64,000 bases of DNA, taken from assembly GCF_022045235.1 (NCBI RefSeq), contig NW_027266297.1:25358001-25422000 (forward strand). Reading direction: 5' to 3'. Position numbers and translations under genes: made by a program. The notes beneath the pieces are model-generated. The model did no database searches, had not been told where the DNA came from, and saw nothing but the letters and a program-made list of their open reading frames with translations. This document shows positions 23,366-36,212 of this stretch, piece after piece. Source of the stretch: Haliotis cracherodii (lineage: Eukaryota). The first letter of the stretch is position 1. Every line of letters begins with the position of its first letter.

Positions 23366-24057
23366 CTGGTCCTAACGTGCCGCTTAATCGCAATTTATGC
23401 ATCTTTTACGTTTCGATGTATTAAGAACGATATTTTTCATGTTAGTTGTTTAACGAAACAATGTGCAAAATTCCAGCTGTAAAAATGAATGTGGAACGGA
23501 CAAGTCAGTGATTGATATTATTAGCAACGATAGACGCAGTTTGGATACCTTTACACACAAATAAATCTGGACCAGATAAACCAGTGATTGATAGCTCGTG
23601 TAACGTCCCACGTCGGTTTGGTACAATGGCATGCAATCAACCAAGTCACCGAGCCTGACTACCCGTTCCATGAAGTCACCTCTTGCGGCCAGCATAGGTA
23701 GTAGGGACCTATGACAACCTGGCATCAGATCAGATTCGCCTCCCAAACTGGTATACGATATGAGGCCCCTTGCTGACGTCCCTTGACGCCATACCGATAG
23801 GAGATTGCTAATTGACGTAAAACCTCACTCTGAAATCCAAGTGACCGTCAAACCACCAGTTTGTGTCATCCGCATTTCGTCTTACGCACATAATCAGGAG
23901 AACGAATCTCCGCTTCTCGCTGATTAGAAAATAATGACGTCGCCCGGACGAATGAACTTTAAACGTCGTATTCAGAATCATTGTGTCGACAAAGTGGGCA
24001 AATGTTTGGTTGATCTGGGATTTTCCTTGCGAGATAAATATGATTTGGTGGATTTGG

Positions 24058-24394
24058 TGAAGTGAGGTGAAATAGCTTTATCCCACGTCCAAGATTACTG
24101 CACTTACACAGTGCACGTGCGTGTGTGTCTGTGTGACTGCTTGTACTAGTCCGGATTTTATAGTGCTAGCTCACTGATATACCATGCCGCAGTTTAACAT
24201 GAATATCCCGGTCAGACATAGCATACTGACTCCGAGCCCACTAGTCCTTGTTTAAGCCCCTTAATGCAGAGCGCCAGGCAGGGTAACAACAAGTACCATC
24301 TTTTGACGTCTTTTGGTATGACGCGGCCGGGGATCGAACCCCGTATCTTCCACTCTCCGGACGGACGCACTACCACTAGACCACGGCGGCGGTC
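24058..24394 (-). mobile_element. Family B (Meta-like) SINE
   Basis: Full length; probable TSD TGGATTTGG. Confidence 0.85.
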
Positions 24395-24599
24395 CAAAAT
24401 TGGATTTGGGGGATAATCGTGCCAATTTAAGATATAAGATATCAAAATACTTGGCTAAATAAACCCTTGCTTTTGCAAAGTTCCAACTTTTGATTTTGTT
24501 TCTCGAGATTTCTTAAGCTTCTCCGAGGAGAAATCTTATAAAGATACTGTTAAATGTTTTTGAATGCTATTTGCAGCTGAAAGGGCAGCTCTTTTGCAA

Positions 24600-24860
24600 C
24601 GTCTACTCAGAAACGAGTACGCCTGCGCGCGGGTTGCCGGAGGATGGTGGCGGTCTGCGTCACACAACTTGACTCGGCGAGTGTCGGCGGTAAACCGCGA
24701 GCGATCGCTCCCTCCCTGTCCAGATCCAACCCAATTAATACATATTGCATTCAACCTGCGAGCCGAGGAAGTGGCCGAATACCGCCGAGTCAGCACAGGC
24801 TCCTTCACTGGACCAAGAGTAGGATGTGGACCCGCGAGGCCAGGGAAAAACCTTTTAAGA
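24600..24860 (+). promoter_or_regulatory. Probable promoter region of the TINAGL1-like gene
   Basis: Locally CpG/GC-rich and free of recognised repeats, 430-690 bp upstream of the ATG. Contains CCAAT (24731), GGAAGT and an inverted pair of TGACTCGGC motifs. The TSS cannot be determined from sequence. Confidence 0.4.
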
Positions 24861-25284
24861 CGGAAAGTGCAAAAGAAATGTGAACATATTTCATTTCTAC
24901 GAAATATTGGATCATTATATTCAGTGATTGTGTTTTAAGGAAAGATATTTCGTATTTTTCGTAAAGTGAGACACGGTTATGTTATCCCACGGAGTAAAAC
25001 CTTATCAGGATATCAATTAATATCAACAGAGTTGGAGTGTCTCAAGGGGATAATTTTAAGACGTTCGACACTCTTCGAGGAGATTTTCATACCTCACTTG
25101 GATTATATGTAGTACGTAAAAGTGACACGGGTATATTGGAGAAGTGCGTGTCGGGCACGACATTGTGCTGCAAGTGTGACTCAAGAAAGACATGCTTTGA
25201 CGTCCAGCTAGCGGCAGGCGAGTAAAACTGACAGGATTTCTTAAGCGTTTTCAACAGATAATCTGCAGAGATTAACGGATTAAG

Positions 25285-25603
25285 ATGTCTGGTGTAGGGA
25301 TTCTACTGGTGCTATCCTTGTCGGGATGTTTCCTCGGGACTTGGGGGGAGATGTGGGAATGGGGGCCGGACCTCGAAGGACCCTGGTGTGCCAAGCGCCG
25401 GGGGCAGCAATGCTGTATCGACCGGGACGACTATTGTTCCGTCCCCATCCTCGGCACCGAGTGCTACTGCGACGTCTTCTGTAACGCCACAGCCTACGAC
25501 TGCTGCCCCGACTACTGGGAACACTGTCATGGGGTGGTGAGGGAGGAGAGAACCACCCCGCTACCCATCATTTATACCACACCCCGGATACCCGTGACTA
25601 CAA
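25285..25603 (+). CDS. TINAGL1: TINAG/TINAGL1-like (Swim-like) protein, coding exon 1: signal peptide, somatomedin-B-like Cys-rich domain and Thr/Pro linker
   Basis: ATG at 25285 with A at -3 and an in-frame upstream TAA (25273-25275). Hydrophobic leader MSGVGILLVLSLSGCFLGTWG, then WC..CC.DRDD.CSVPILGTECYCDVFCN....DCCPDYWEHC, typical of the TINAG family. Donor A|GTAAGA at 25604 (phase 1). The symbol denotes an invertebrate co-orthologue of TINAG/TINAGL1. Confidence 0.92.
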
Positions 25604-26889
25604 GTAAGAGTTTATCCTCTTCCCTTCACCCCTACAACATGATATACCCCTCCAAACAGTTCGCCCAAGGCTATAGCGTTAAAATGCTTTCTAATCTAAT
25701 ATCCCCTAAGTCGTAGCTGTAACCAGTCCTTTGTGAATATCTTCGTCCACCTGTGACGAAATATAAAGTTTATTTGCTAGCTACAGCTGTGCCGTAATTC
25801 AAAAGGAACGAAACTTAAAAGGGAATTCCTCTTGCCTTGAAAACCCGCCAATACAATCGAGTTTGTTTATCAACAATCTGTAGAATGAACTGTATATGAA
25901 TTATAATATCTACACTACTGGTGACGTGAATTCCGCTTGTACAACGTTTGTACTTTATGTTAATAGCTCCCGACCTGGATATGTTTTTTGTTAAGCGGTT
26001 ATTACATTTTGCATTTAACGAATTACATACATTCGGTTTGTAGCCTGTAAAAGTAGTGTGTCGGGCAAGGTTGTATGCTAAGTCCTATGTTGTTCATATC
26101 AAATACGCGAAATTCCAACATTAGCAGCAGCAACACTTTTATAACAATTTTATGAACTGTTACATCGATCAACCGATGATTATAGAAACTTAATATCTTC
26201 CTGTAAACCAATAACTCCAAACTGCGTATAAACCTTGGCACGCGGCTCGCTGTCATTACAGCCGTGTATAATTCAGGCACAGTCGAGGATGACAACTATA
26301 CCCTGCTTCAGGCCCCCAGTACCTCAGGTGGCGGGCAGCTGTCCTTCTAACCCCTACCAACCCAAACCCCCAACACATGATCTGTCTATTATCAACCGAA
26401 ACGGGCAAAGTGACGCGCCGATATACGAGAGACAGTTTCTTTTTGTAGTCTTTTAAACTAATCGGTCATTCTGAAAACACAAATAAACATGACGATGTAC
26501 ATTGACCTGCTACCATGATAGTGTTTGCACTGCTAACCGGCGTACGCCTTGTCAAATTGACATTGTATGTTATCAGTGATCTGTGTGGTAATGTTTGCTA
26601 AAGCCCTTACGTTCTCTCAGGCCAGGAGACTATAAATATATATCGTAATACGCATACTCATAAATTTCCTGATTGACTGACACAGAATGTAAATTAAGTT
26701 TTTGAGACAAAGTTATGGAATGCTTAAGTGGTCTTAGCGATATATGGCAGTCGTCAATATGTGGCAGTTCTGCGACAGTTCTTAATATTATTCTGTGTCG
26801 CTCATTGCAATATCGTTTGATGTTAGCTGGCAAAACGTAAGCGTACGATGAAAGAAAAGTGTTTTAGTATGAAGGGGTAAGGGTTTTAG

Positions 26890-27046
26890 CAGAGCCGTAG
26901 CCAGCCGGGGGTGGGGGGCGGCAAGGGGGGCACTTGTTTTAATAGAAAACAGTTTTATTTGAATAAAGTTGGGGACAAGTGTAACTTGTACAACAATTAT
27001 TTGAACACCCCCATCCCCCTGTCAAATTAAGTTAACTACGGCCTTG
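26890..27046. mobile_element. Degenerate hAT-like MITE
   Basis: Termini CAGAGCCGTAG...CTACGGCCTTG; approximate 8-bp TSD GGTTTTAG/GGCTTTAG. Confidence 0.55.
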
Positions 27047-27133
27047 GCTTTAGTCATGAATAACGGTCTGCTGGCCATTCATCACAAGCACAAATGAACT
27101 GTACATAAATGAGTCAAGAATGTCAAGAATGTT

Positions 27134-27395
27134 TTTTTCTTGTTGATTAAGGCCGCACTCAACAATATTCAAGCAATATGACGGCGGTCGGTAAATAATC
27201 GAATTTGGTCCTGACAAACTAATGATTGACATCATGAGCATCGATCCACGCAACTGGGTTACGATGACATGCTTCAACCAAGCCAGCGAGCCTGACAACC
27301 CGATCCCATTAGTCGCCTCTTACGACAAGCATAGTCTCCTTTTACGGCAAGCATGGGTTGCTGAAGACCTATTCTACCCCGGATCTTCACGGGGG
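27134..27395 (-). mobile_element. Family A SINE
   Basis: TSD GTCAAGAATGTT/GTCAAGCATGTT. Confidence 0.86.
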
Positions 27396-27734
27396 GTCAA
27401 GCATGTTGCGATGGTGGGCATGGGAGACTCAGTTTATATTGATTGTAGTTATTTTCGTATTTTAATTCCAAGTTTGACGTCATTGAATGCGAGAAACTAC
27501 ACACGTTTCTTTTACTATGCGGCAAGTTGAAGATTTTAAATCCAATTTAGCTGACCGTCCTTTTCATCCTGACCCCATCCCGTGACCTATGATAAGTGAC
27601 ACGTCTGTCTCCTTCACCTTCTCTAAACAAGCCTAACAGTTCAGGTTCATCATATTCTCTCTTGTATTTCTGTAGTCATATAACTTTAGCGTTTTGATAT
27701 ATTATCTATGTCTAAGAATATTTGACTTCTAGTT

Positions 27735-27904
27735 GGGACGGTCGGGTAGCCCAGTGGTTAAAGCGTTCGCTCGTCACGCCGAAGACCCGGGTTCGATTCC
27801 CCACATGGGTACAATGTGTGAAGCCCATTTCTGGGGTCACCCGCCGTGATATTGTTCTAATATTGCTAGAAACGGCGTAAAACCAAACTCACTCACTCAC
27901 TCAC
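27735..27904 (+). mobile_element. Family C SINE
   Basis: Full length; TSD CTAGTT(G). Confidence 0.87.
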
Positions 27905-27975
27905 CCTAGTTGAGTTCCACTGTTTAAAGCATATTAACTACAATATTCAATATCGCCGATTACAATGCACTACAA

Positions 27976-28204
27976 CCCGTGAGATCCGGGTTAGAATTGA
28001 TCTTCGGCAACCTATGCTTGTCATCAGAGGCGACTAACGGGATCGGGTGGTCAGGCTCACTGACGTGGTTGATGCAAGTCATCGTATCCCAATTGCGTAG
28101 ATGTCAATCGCTGGATTGTCTGGTCGAGACTCGATTATTTACAAACCGCCGTCATATAGATGGATTATTGCTGAGTGCGGCGTTATACAACAAACAAACA
28201 AACC
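27976..28204 (+). mobile_element. Family A SINE (single-module variant)
   Basis: ACCCGTGAGATCC head; only one TGCTTGTC..AGAGGCGACTA module. Confidence 0.83.
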
Positions 28205-28317
28205 ATGCCCTACAAGTACATTGAGTAAGAATTTTGACGCCGCTTTAGCAATATTCCAGCAATATCACGGCGGAGGACACCAGGACCTAACACGCTGCAC
28301 CAATGTGGCTCAACCAA

Positions 28318-28488
28318 GGGACGGTCGGGTAGTCTAGTGGTTAAAGCGTTCGATCGTAACGCCGAAGTCCCGGGTTCGATTCCCGACATGGGTACAATGT
28401 GTGAAGCCCATTTCTGATTCTGAGCCCGCGGTGATATTGCTGGAATATTGCTAAAAGCGGCGTAAAACCATACTCACTCACTCACTCA
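28318..28488 (+). mobile_element. Family C SINE
   Basis: Full length; TSD CTCAACC. Confidence 0.86.
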
Positions 28489-29095
28489 CTCAACCTCCAT
28501 GTACAGCCACACGGAGCTGCCTACACACAAGTGACAATTCTGAAACGATATATATAATGTACATTTCTTAGAGCTTGCTTGCGCTGCTATGAAATATATC
28601 AGTCCTTACGTTATTGATAACACGTGCGTCATGACATTACCGAGATGCTATCCTCCTCAAACAAGATTATATTCATGTACTAATTACTTTCTGCATCGAA
28701 TTAGTGCAAGTCGTGAGGCATATAGTATAACGGCACTTGCCTTTCATAATGATACATAATACTTATTATTATTACTACAGGCAAACATTCATCTGTTTAG
28801 TTGAGCTCTGTTGAATGCACGTGGTTTAATTCGTCACACGATACCACTACTTACAAGGTCTGTCGACGTCTACTGGCGCGCAGAGGCTGTGTGTGTTGTC
28901 TGCCAGAAAACTCGATACGTGACACGTGATACTTGGAAAGGCTTTTTTTTGCAAAATCGACATATAGTATAAAGCAATTATTAAAACTATATCTCGTTTT
29001 GGGATTTCGTGCCATGGTAGTATTAAGTTGGAAAGGTAGAAACATATCGGTAGGGATTGAATAAAACGTAACTCAGAAAAGTAAACGAATGCGTA

Positions 29096-29354
29096 TGTTT
29101 GTTGTTTAACGCCGCACTCAGAAATATTCCAGCTATATGACGGCGGTCTGTAAATAATCGAGTCTGGAACAGACAATCCAGTGATTGACATCATGAGCAT
29201 CGATCCACGCAATTGGGACACGATGACATGCATCAACCAAGTCGGCGAGCCTGACCAGCCGATCCCGTTTACCTCCTCTTACGACAAGCAAAGTCACCTT
29301 TTACGGCAAGGATGGGTTGCTGAAGACCTGTTCTATCCCGCATCTTCACGGGTC
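29096..29354 (-). mobile_element. Family A SINE
   Basis: Full length to GACCCGTG. Confidence 0.86.
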
Positions 29355-30363
29355 TAAATGAATCCGGATGGACGGACAGATATGCTGGTTATGATGATAT
29401 AAATAAAAGAGTTATTGTGCAAAGTTCTTAGTCAGGCACATGGAAGGAGTTTTTCCCCACTTTTGGTGATTGTGAAATGTGTTTCATGAAACGATTCGAC
29501 TTATCCTTCTCCTCCGATGACCTAATGCATAAATACATTCACCAGGCCCATCTGTAATAGCAAACGATAAATAACTGTGAATATCGGAAAAGAATGAAAT
29601 TCATCCTGACTTAAAGAATTACAAAAGCCGTCGTTGTTAAAATAATATATCACAGATGGTACACGCCCTTGAGTCACGAGGATGGTTGCACTATGGTGTT
29701 TGGCGTTCAACACGGAAGTAGTGAGAATATTGCCAAGCTGAACAGATTTGTCTAGTTCCTGCTCACGCTCGCGCCGCAGACATGAACCGTAATGGCGATG
29801 CGCGGAAACTGCAAAGATCAACAGCGTGCATGCATTGTTGCCATTCCTCGACAAACAGTAAGGAAGTGTGCTAGATTCACAAAAAAACAGCAGATGGGGG
29901 GAGATATTCATCCCGTGATCTAACATTAGAACATGTGTAACGCTAGTCTAAACATCCTAGACGCGGAACATAAATTAGTTGCCCAAACAATCATCAAGGT
30001 TGCCGTATAAATACGATGAGCACAGTTACGTCAAGGATATCGCTATTACTTTGGCAGGATATTATTCCTCTTCCAAGAATATTGGACCAATACAAAAGGA
30101 ATTAAGGAACGGAATCATGTTCCGGTGAGATTTACAAAGACGGCATTCTCTGATAATTATTACATACACATGTTGTTTATTTTGATAATAAGACAGAAAG
30201 GAATATATAGAAAACCGCATAGAAATAAAGGTTGTCAGTTCTGTAGTATTTATTTTTGACTTAACCATGTGAGATTTACGATAGTGATGTGGCAAACATG
30301 GAAGCTTTGTCTTTAGGAATCAAATGACGCATTCCGAGCTCAGGCTTATAGTTTTACCAGCAA

Positions 30364-30460
30364 AGTTTATTTGACCAGCTCATCTTTCTCCATCTCTCAG
30401 AGAGGAAGGACCAGTTTATTTGACCAGCTCATCTTTCTCCATCTCCCAGAGATGAAGGAA
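30364..30460. repeat. About 49-bp direct tandem duplication
   Basis: AGTTTATTTGACCAGCTCATCTTTCTCCATCTC occurs twice. Confidence 0.85.
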
Positions 30461-31254
30461 CGATCATCTTTGAAATCATACTATTTCTGAAGATATGTGA
30501 TCCAAGACAAAGTTAGTCCATTTTCGATCCCAAAGTAACGTCAATATGTTACATAGGAGATTAGGTTTCAGGAGAGTACACAATGGCTCCAGATAATTGT
30601 TGAAGCCATTGAGTATTTTACTTACATGTCATCATTCACATTGGGCAGTGACAGTTTGCTTTGGGTATTCAATATTTGTTTAATCTGTTGGGCCTATTCT
30701 ATTGGGTTTGTTGATCGATAAGTAGACTCATTAAAAACTATTTCCACTTCTATGCTGTTTCAGGGAACGTTTTATTAGCATAGGTGTGCGTGCTGTCCCT
30801 CGTGAGGCACATGTCGCATAACCTCAGAATAGTGATATAGGTTCACTGCAGTAGAGTATATAAATTGTCAATGCATGAGAATAACCAACCCAGATCTTCA
30901 GTCGAAACAGATTCCACTTGGCGTAAAGGGCAAATAGCTGTGAAAATTGTATGAATGGACCACTGAAAATTAGTGATGAAAATAATTGAAGCATGTCATC
31001 GATCCCAATTGCGTGGATCGATGCTCAGGATGTCAATCACTGGATTGTCTGGTCCAGACTCGATTATTTAGAGACCGTGGTCACAGAGCTGGAATATTGC
31101 TGTGTGTGGCGTAAAACAACAAACTTAATCAGTGATGAAAGGGGTAAGCATGTCCTGCCCTACTGGTAGAACATGCACCCGCCATCCATAGAACTTGCTT
31201 AATTATTGCCTGACTCAGCACAGCAATACCAATGTATTCGTGATGCCTGCATGA

Positions 31255-31415
31255 GTGAGTGAGTATGGTTTTACGCCGCTTTTAGCAATATTCCAGCAAT
31301 ATCACGGCGGGGGACACCAGAAATGGGCTTCACACATTGTACCCCTGTAACCAGGGTAACCAGGGTTTTCGGCGTGACGAGCGAACGCTTTAACCACTAG
31401 GCTACCCGACCGCTC
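31255..31415 (-). mobile_element. Family C SINE
   Basis: TSD GATGCCTGCATGA at 31242-31254 and 31416-31428. Confidence 0.88.
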
Positions 31416-33372
31416 GATGCCTGCATGAAGTCAGTAACAGTAGATCTGTATGGACATACGTGTACGCAAGTTGAAAAGTGCAGACATATTCGTCGGTGAG
31501 TAGCTTCTATACAGTCTCGAACTTTGAACTTCTGTCATATTAATCTCCCCATCTTCATGATGGAGTTTACTGTTGATGCTCAGGTCTGAAACCTGATTTA
31601 TTATATCTTACATAAGTTTAGAACCTGCATCTAACACCACCTTTATACGTTCTTCTTTATAGCGGATACAATAGATATGTCAATAGAATGAGTCAAGCGT
31701 GAATGTCTCTTATAAAAACGCACGAAAACGCAGTTCAAAGGAAAGCTCTTTCATGTCCCGACACGTTATGAAAGAAAGGCATATATGCATCTCTGGGACT
31801 TTTTAACAGAGGGTTCTAGATCATGTTAAGTCATATGCTTGTCAACAATCTTTTAAAACCATTCATTACAACATTTGCTGAATTTACATTTCTCGAAAAG
31901 ATCTTATATCGTTAAATGGACTCTGCTTTTAGAAGAAATTTCTTATGATTATGGAATTGCTTTTGACGCTGTTAGTGTGTATCAATTGTTCGTGTTATTT
32001 TTGTTGCCCATCATTCTATGACGTTGCAAGTCGACCCTTCTTCCTTTCGCATTTCCAACTCCCCCTGTAGAACCTGCAGAATGGTTTTGTAGATGTTCCT
32101 GGCAACAGTTGGCCAAATAATGTCCAATGCATCGGCATTGGATTTTATTATAGAATGAGTGAGTGAGTTAAAATTTAACGTCGCATCGGTATTATTTCCG
32201 CCATATAGCGACGAGAACAAGTTGATATATATTTTATTTTGGAAGACATATTGGGAGAAATCTGAAACTTTATATGGATGATATTGCTAAAATATAGTTT
32301 CAAGTTTTAACGATGTAAAATGATCAGAAATCAACGCCAGTTTGACAACTTCGGACAGACAATGCTGAAAAAAAATAGGTTTCTAATATTTCTTAAAGAA
32401 AATGAAAGTTTTTCTTGAGATGATCCTGCAAGTGGTATCCCCATATTTGTCTTCAACACAAGATTTCCGTGGCTGCAAAACATGCCAGGTCGTATACGTG
32501 ACAGGTGCTTCCTTCACTGCGGCCTACAATACGATTATATATTCTTTCTGTAGTTTGACTTCTAGAAACATTTGACCTTACCTATTATAAAATTTCGAAA
32601 CCTCAGAAGCAATGAAGCTGAAACTTTGCATGGATTATCCCGACACAGAACTCTCGCGACATTGTATAGATCGTCTCTATAGGACCCGGTGTCATTTAAT
32701 TTAGTAGATTTAAAATGGGGCTTACGTATTTTGATCATATTGGATACACCTCGTCCTTCGGGTGTATGATGACAATGTCTTCAATATAATGTTTCCATAC
32801 TGTTGCCAGGTGAGCTTCAGTTTCCCTCTGTACATATATAATTAAGTGGTATAATAACCTGATCTATATACCAATTATAACATGGCCGCCATAAGGCTGA
32901 AATGATGCATAGCGACGTTATTTTTGAATCACTCACTATATATGATTATCTGGTTGACATATGAAACGCCATTTTATTAATATTTATCACCGAATGTAGT
33001 CGTTTGAATGACTGGCTTTGAAAAAAACACATCCATTCATTCACCCATATAACAGCAATTTTGAGTCTTATACCTTTGAAGTTAACCATTCATAAAGAGC
33101 TGCAGTTAAATGTCCATGACGAGGTAACATGCATTAAGGACTTTATGGATATTTTTACATTTAATGTTGTCTCATAAACGTGCTCAAATGTCAGGATGAC
33201 TTTGAGCTAATGTCATACGTCTTAATATGTTGGCTTACATCGAGGAGTTAAGGCTGTTTTTCTTTGATTGTAGCGCGTCTTACAGAGACATGTATGAATA
33301 CCGCGGAAGCTTTAACATTTTAATACTTAGATGCAGTGAAGTCTTGTTAAGTCAATTGACTCTATATACCAG

Positions 33373-33442
33373 GGCCCCGTTCCACAAAACGATCTTAGCG
33401 CTACGGTTGTCTTAGCGCTAAGATCGCCTTGTGGAACGCACC
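33373..33442. mobile_element. Internally deleted CWG-TSD MITE
   Basis: GGCCCCGTTCCACAA...TTGTGGAACGCACC; TSD CAG, target CCAGG; shares GATCTTAGCGCTA with 23267. Confidence 0.75.
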
Positions 33443-35779
33443 CAGGATGACTTGTCTCTATGGTACCGGGTAGGATCCTCATATCGACACTCGAATGGAT
33501 AACTCGATATATTTTAATGTTTCACAGTATAACGCTTTCATAACAAGACGTCTCCTCGACTGAATTGGCTTATTGTCACCACTGGGACAGGTTGCGCTCA
33601 CCTTTTCGCGAACATCTGGTGTCGTCACGTTTTGAGAGTGATGCATGAACACACGCTAGTGATATATTCGGAATCGTAAGTTCGGCTCTGCTTTCAGCAG
33701 ACATTTCATATCAGCACTTGACTTGCCTTTGCGTGTGTTTGTGACGGATGCCACCAGTGGGGCAGGATACGCTCACCTTTTCGCAAGCATCTTGCATCAT
33801 AAGTATTTGATAGTGATTCATAAACACATGCTCGTACAATAGACCGCGCTTTCAGCAGACCTTATGGAAGGTGTTTTGTCACTTTTCTTATAGTATGATG
33901 ATGGATACGGGTTTGTCGTCGTCATTATTATGTACGAAACATTATCCATTAAACAACTGAAGTAACCTCCAAAAATACACATCACACATGGAGCAAATTA
34001 ATGCATTCAGGGATAGAAAGGAGGAAGGACAGGAACACGAGCTGGGTACTCAGGCCCGTATGTCACCCTCGTGTTTTCGACTCCATGTGTTGGCGGTGCG
34101 CACGTATGTTTACAGATGTTGTACGGACCTAGGTGTTAAGCTGTAGTTAATCATGTGGTGTTTTCTTACCTACACTTCAATAGGTTTACGTCGCATAACA
34201 TCAGTCAGTGGGACGTGAAGAAACATGACAGAGTGTTCATTACTGGGACTATTCTTGGCATGGACGGGGAAGACAAATTAAAGCGAGAGTCTGACCCACA
34301 ATTTGGAGTCTTTTTAAAACATTGTAATAAGTGACATGTGTGAACTGAGATATTGTCTCTGTGAGAATGGTTGGGGGTCATTCCACAAGCCGGCTTAAAA
34401 AATCACAAACACGATATGTAAACCATTATTAATTGTGCTTTAACGACCAAATCAACACGTTATCATGGTAGGCCATGTGCATACAAAATGTCATCAGATG
34501 TAAAACAAAAGGGTGGTGGGGGTGGTGTGGGATGGTGGGGGGTGGTGGCCACCCCCAGATACCCTCTTGGCCCTCCACTGATGTACATTCAAATGGTGTG
34601 ATGTACACTTTCATGTGGCCGTCCAAAAACTGAGGCGCGAATCTTCCTTGGAAGGAACTGTATTCAGAATAACCTAAATGTTATCGATAAATAGAAGCCA
34701 AGGTTTGTGAGTTATAGTTTAGAATTTAGAGTTAACTTCCCTTGGTATGTACCGAAATCCGAAAAGGGACATGCACAGGGTGAAAAAGGCGCGTTTTGAA
34801 AGGAAAAACTAAACGTCATTTTTTTACCATTTAAGACTTCTCTTGAACATGTTTGTGAATACAGTCATCGACACAAGGTACAGATCGAAAGTTGGAACCA
34901 AATGCCCGTTAATCAATTTCGACAGTTATCCCGAGATCTCTAACGATAACCCACGAGTGGTGTCTTTTGAGTGTCCAAAATTAGCTCTCGTGTGTTTCCA
35001 AACCTAAGTGAATTGAAAATGTGTCGAAACTGCCAATGCATTCTCACGAGATGTAGAAGTATGTATTTTCTGACTAACAACCAATTTTCTGTCCATTCAG
35101 AAACCACTATTAGATCGGTTCAGATGCGTCTATCATCAACAAACATTTCCAAGGTTTATTTAATAACGCAACATACACCAGCGTCCATGGATTTCACACT
35201 GTAAATAGTTCCTTTCACAACGTTGGAGTGACACATGGCAAATAGAAGTTCCTACAGCTCCAAGCATTTTTGCAACGGCGCCTATTAAGCGACAAAAGCC
35301 CCGGTCCGACGTCATAGACTAAACTAAAGGCGACGACATCGTTTCCAGATTGGCGTACCTCGTCAACAGATCACCAGCCTCCAGAAAGAGGGGCAGAACA
35401 AAACCTCATTGTATGAAGGACTTGACATGACAGATGCACGGGCTAGGTGTTCTGTAGGTTCACATGTAACGGCACACATGATGTGTATGTATAACTTTCA
35501 CACTTTGTTTTGTATGTGTAGCTTGCATCGTGTATATAGACAGCTGCGGCCCGTATTTGTTCAACCACTGACTTTGAGGAAATGGGAAGCAGCTATATGG
35601 ATGTACTGCTGAGCGAGGCTTTGTTGCTGTTTGACCTTCCATCCCATGTGATACACACACGCTTACAGCCTGCTGATTGATTGTATTCTCTTAATCATCT
35701 CCATTGCAAACTGGCCCCTTTCTGAAGTAGTGCAAGGAGATTGTAGAAATGCTGCCGTATGAGTGAAATGTGTGTTGGT

Positions 35780-36212
35780 TCTTTGTCTGAAACAGACAGG
35801 CAAGAGCGCATACGCGCATGAGTGCAAGATGCATTGTTCAGTCTTCTGAAACAGACAGGCAAGATCGAATACGGTATTGTAAGTGCAAGATGCATTGTTC
35901 AGTCTTCTGAAACAGACAGGCACGATCGAATACGGTATTATGAGAGCAAGATGCATTGTTTAGTCTTCTGAAAGAGACAGGCAAGATCGAATACGGTATT
36001 ATGAGATCAAGATGCATTGTTTAGTCTTCTGAAACAGGCAGGCAAGATCGAATACGTTATCGCAAGTGCAATTTCCATTGTTTAGTCTTCTGAAACAGAC
36101 AGGCAAGATCGAATACGGTATTATGAGAGCAAGATGCATTGTTTAGTCTTCTGAAAGAGACAGGCAAGATCGAATGCGGTATTATGAGATCAAGATGCAT
36201 TGTTTAGTCTTC
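35780..36212. repeat. 61-bp minisatellite, about 7 units
   Basis: GTCTTCTGAAA at 35841, 35902, 35963, 36024, 36085 and 36146, with a degenerate unit at 35780 and a partial one at 36207. Confidence 0.95.

Noticed and set aside
24564-24938. 124-aa ORF upstream of the gene
   Set aside because: No recognisable domain; explained by the GC-rich promoter-like sequence.
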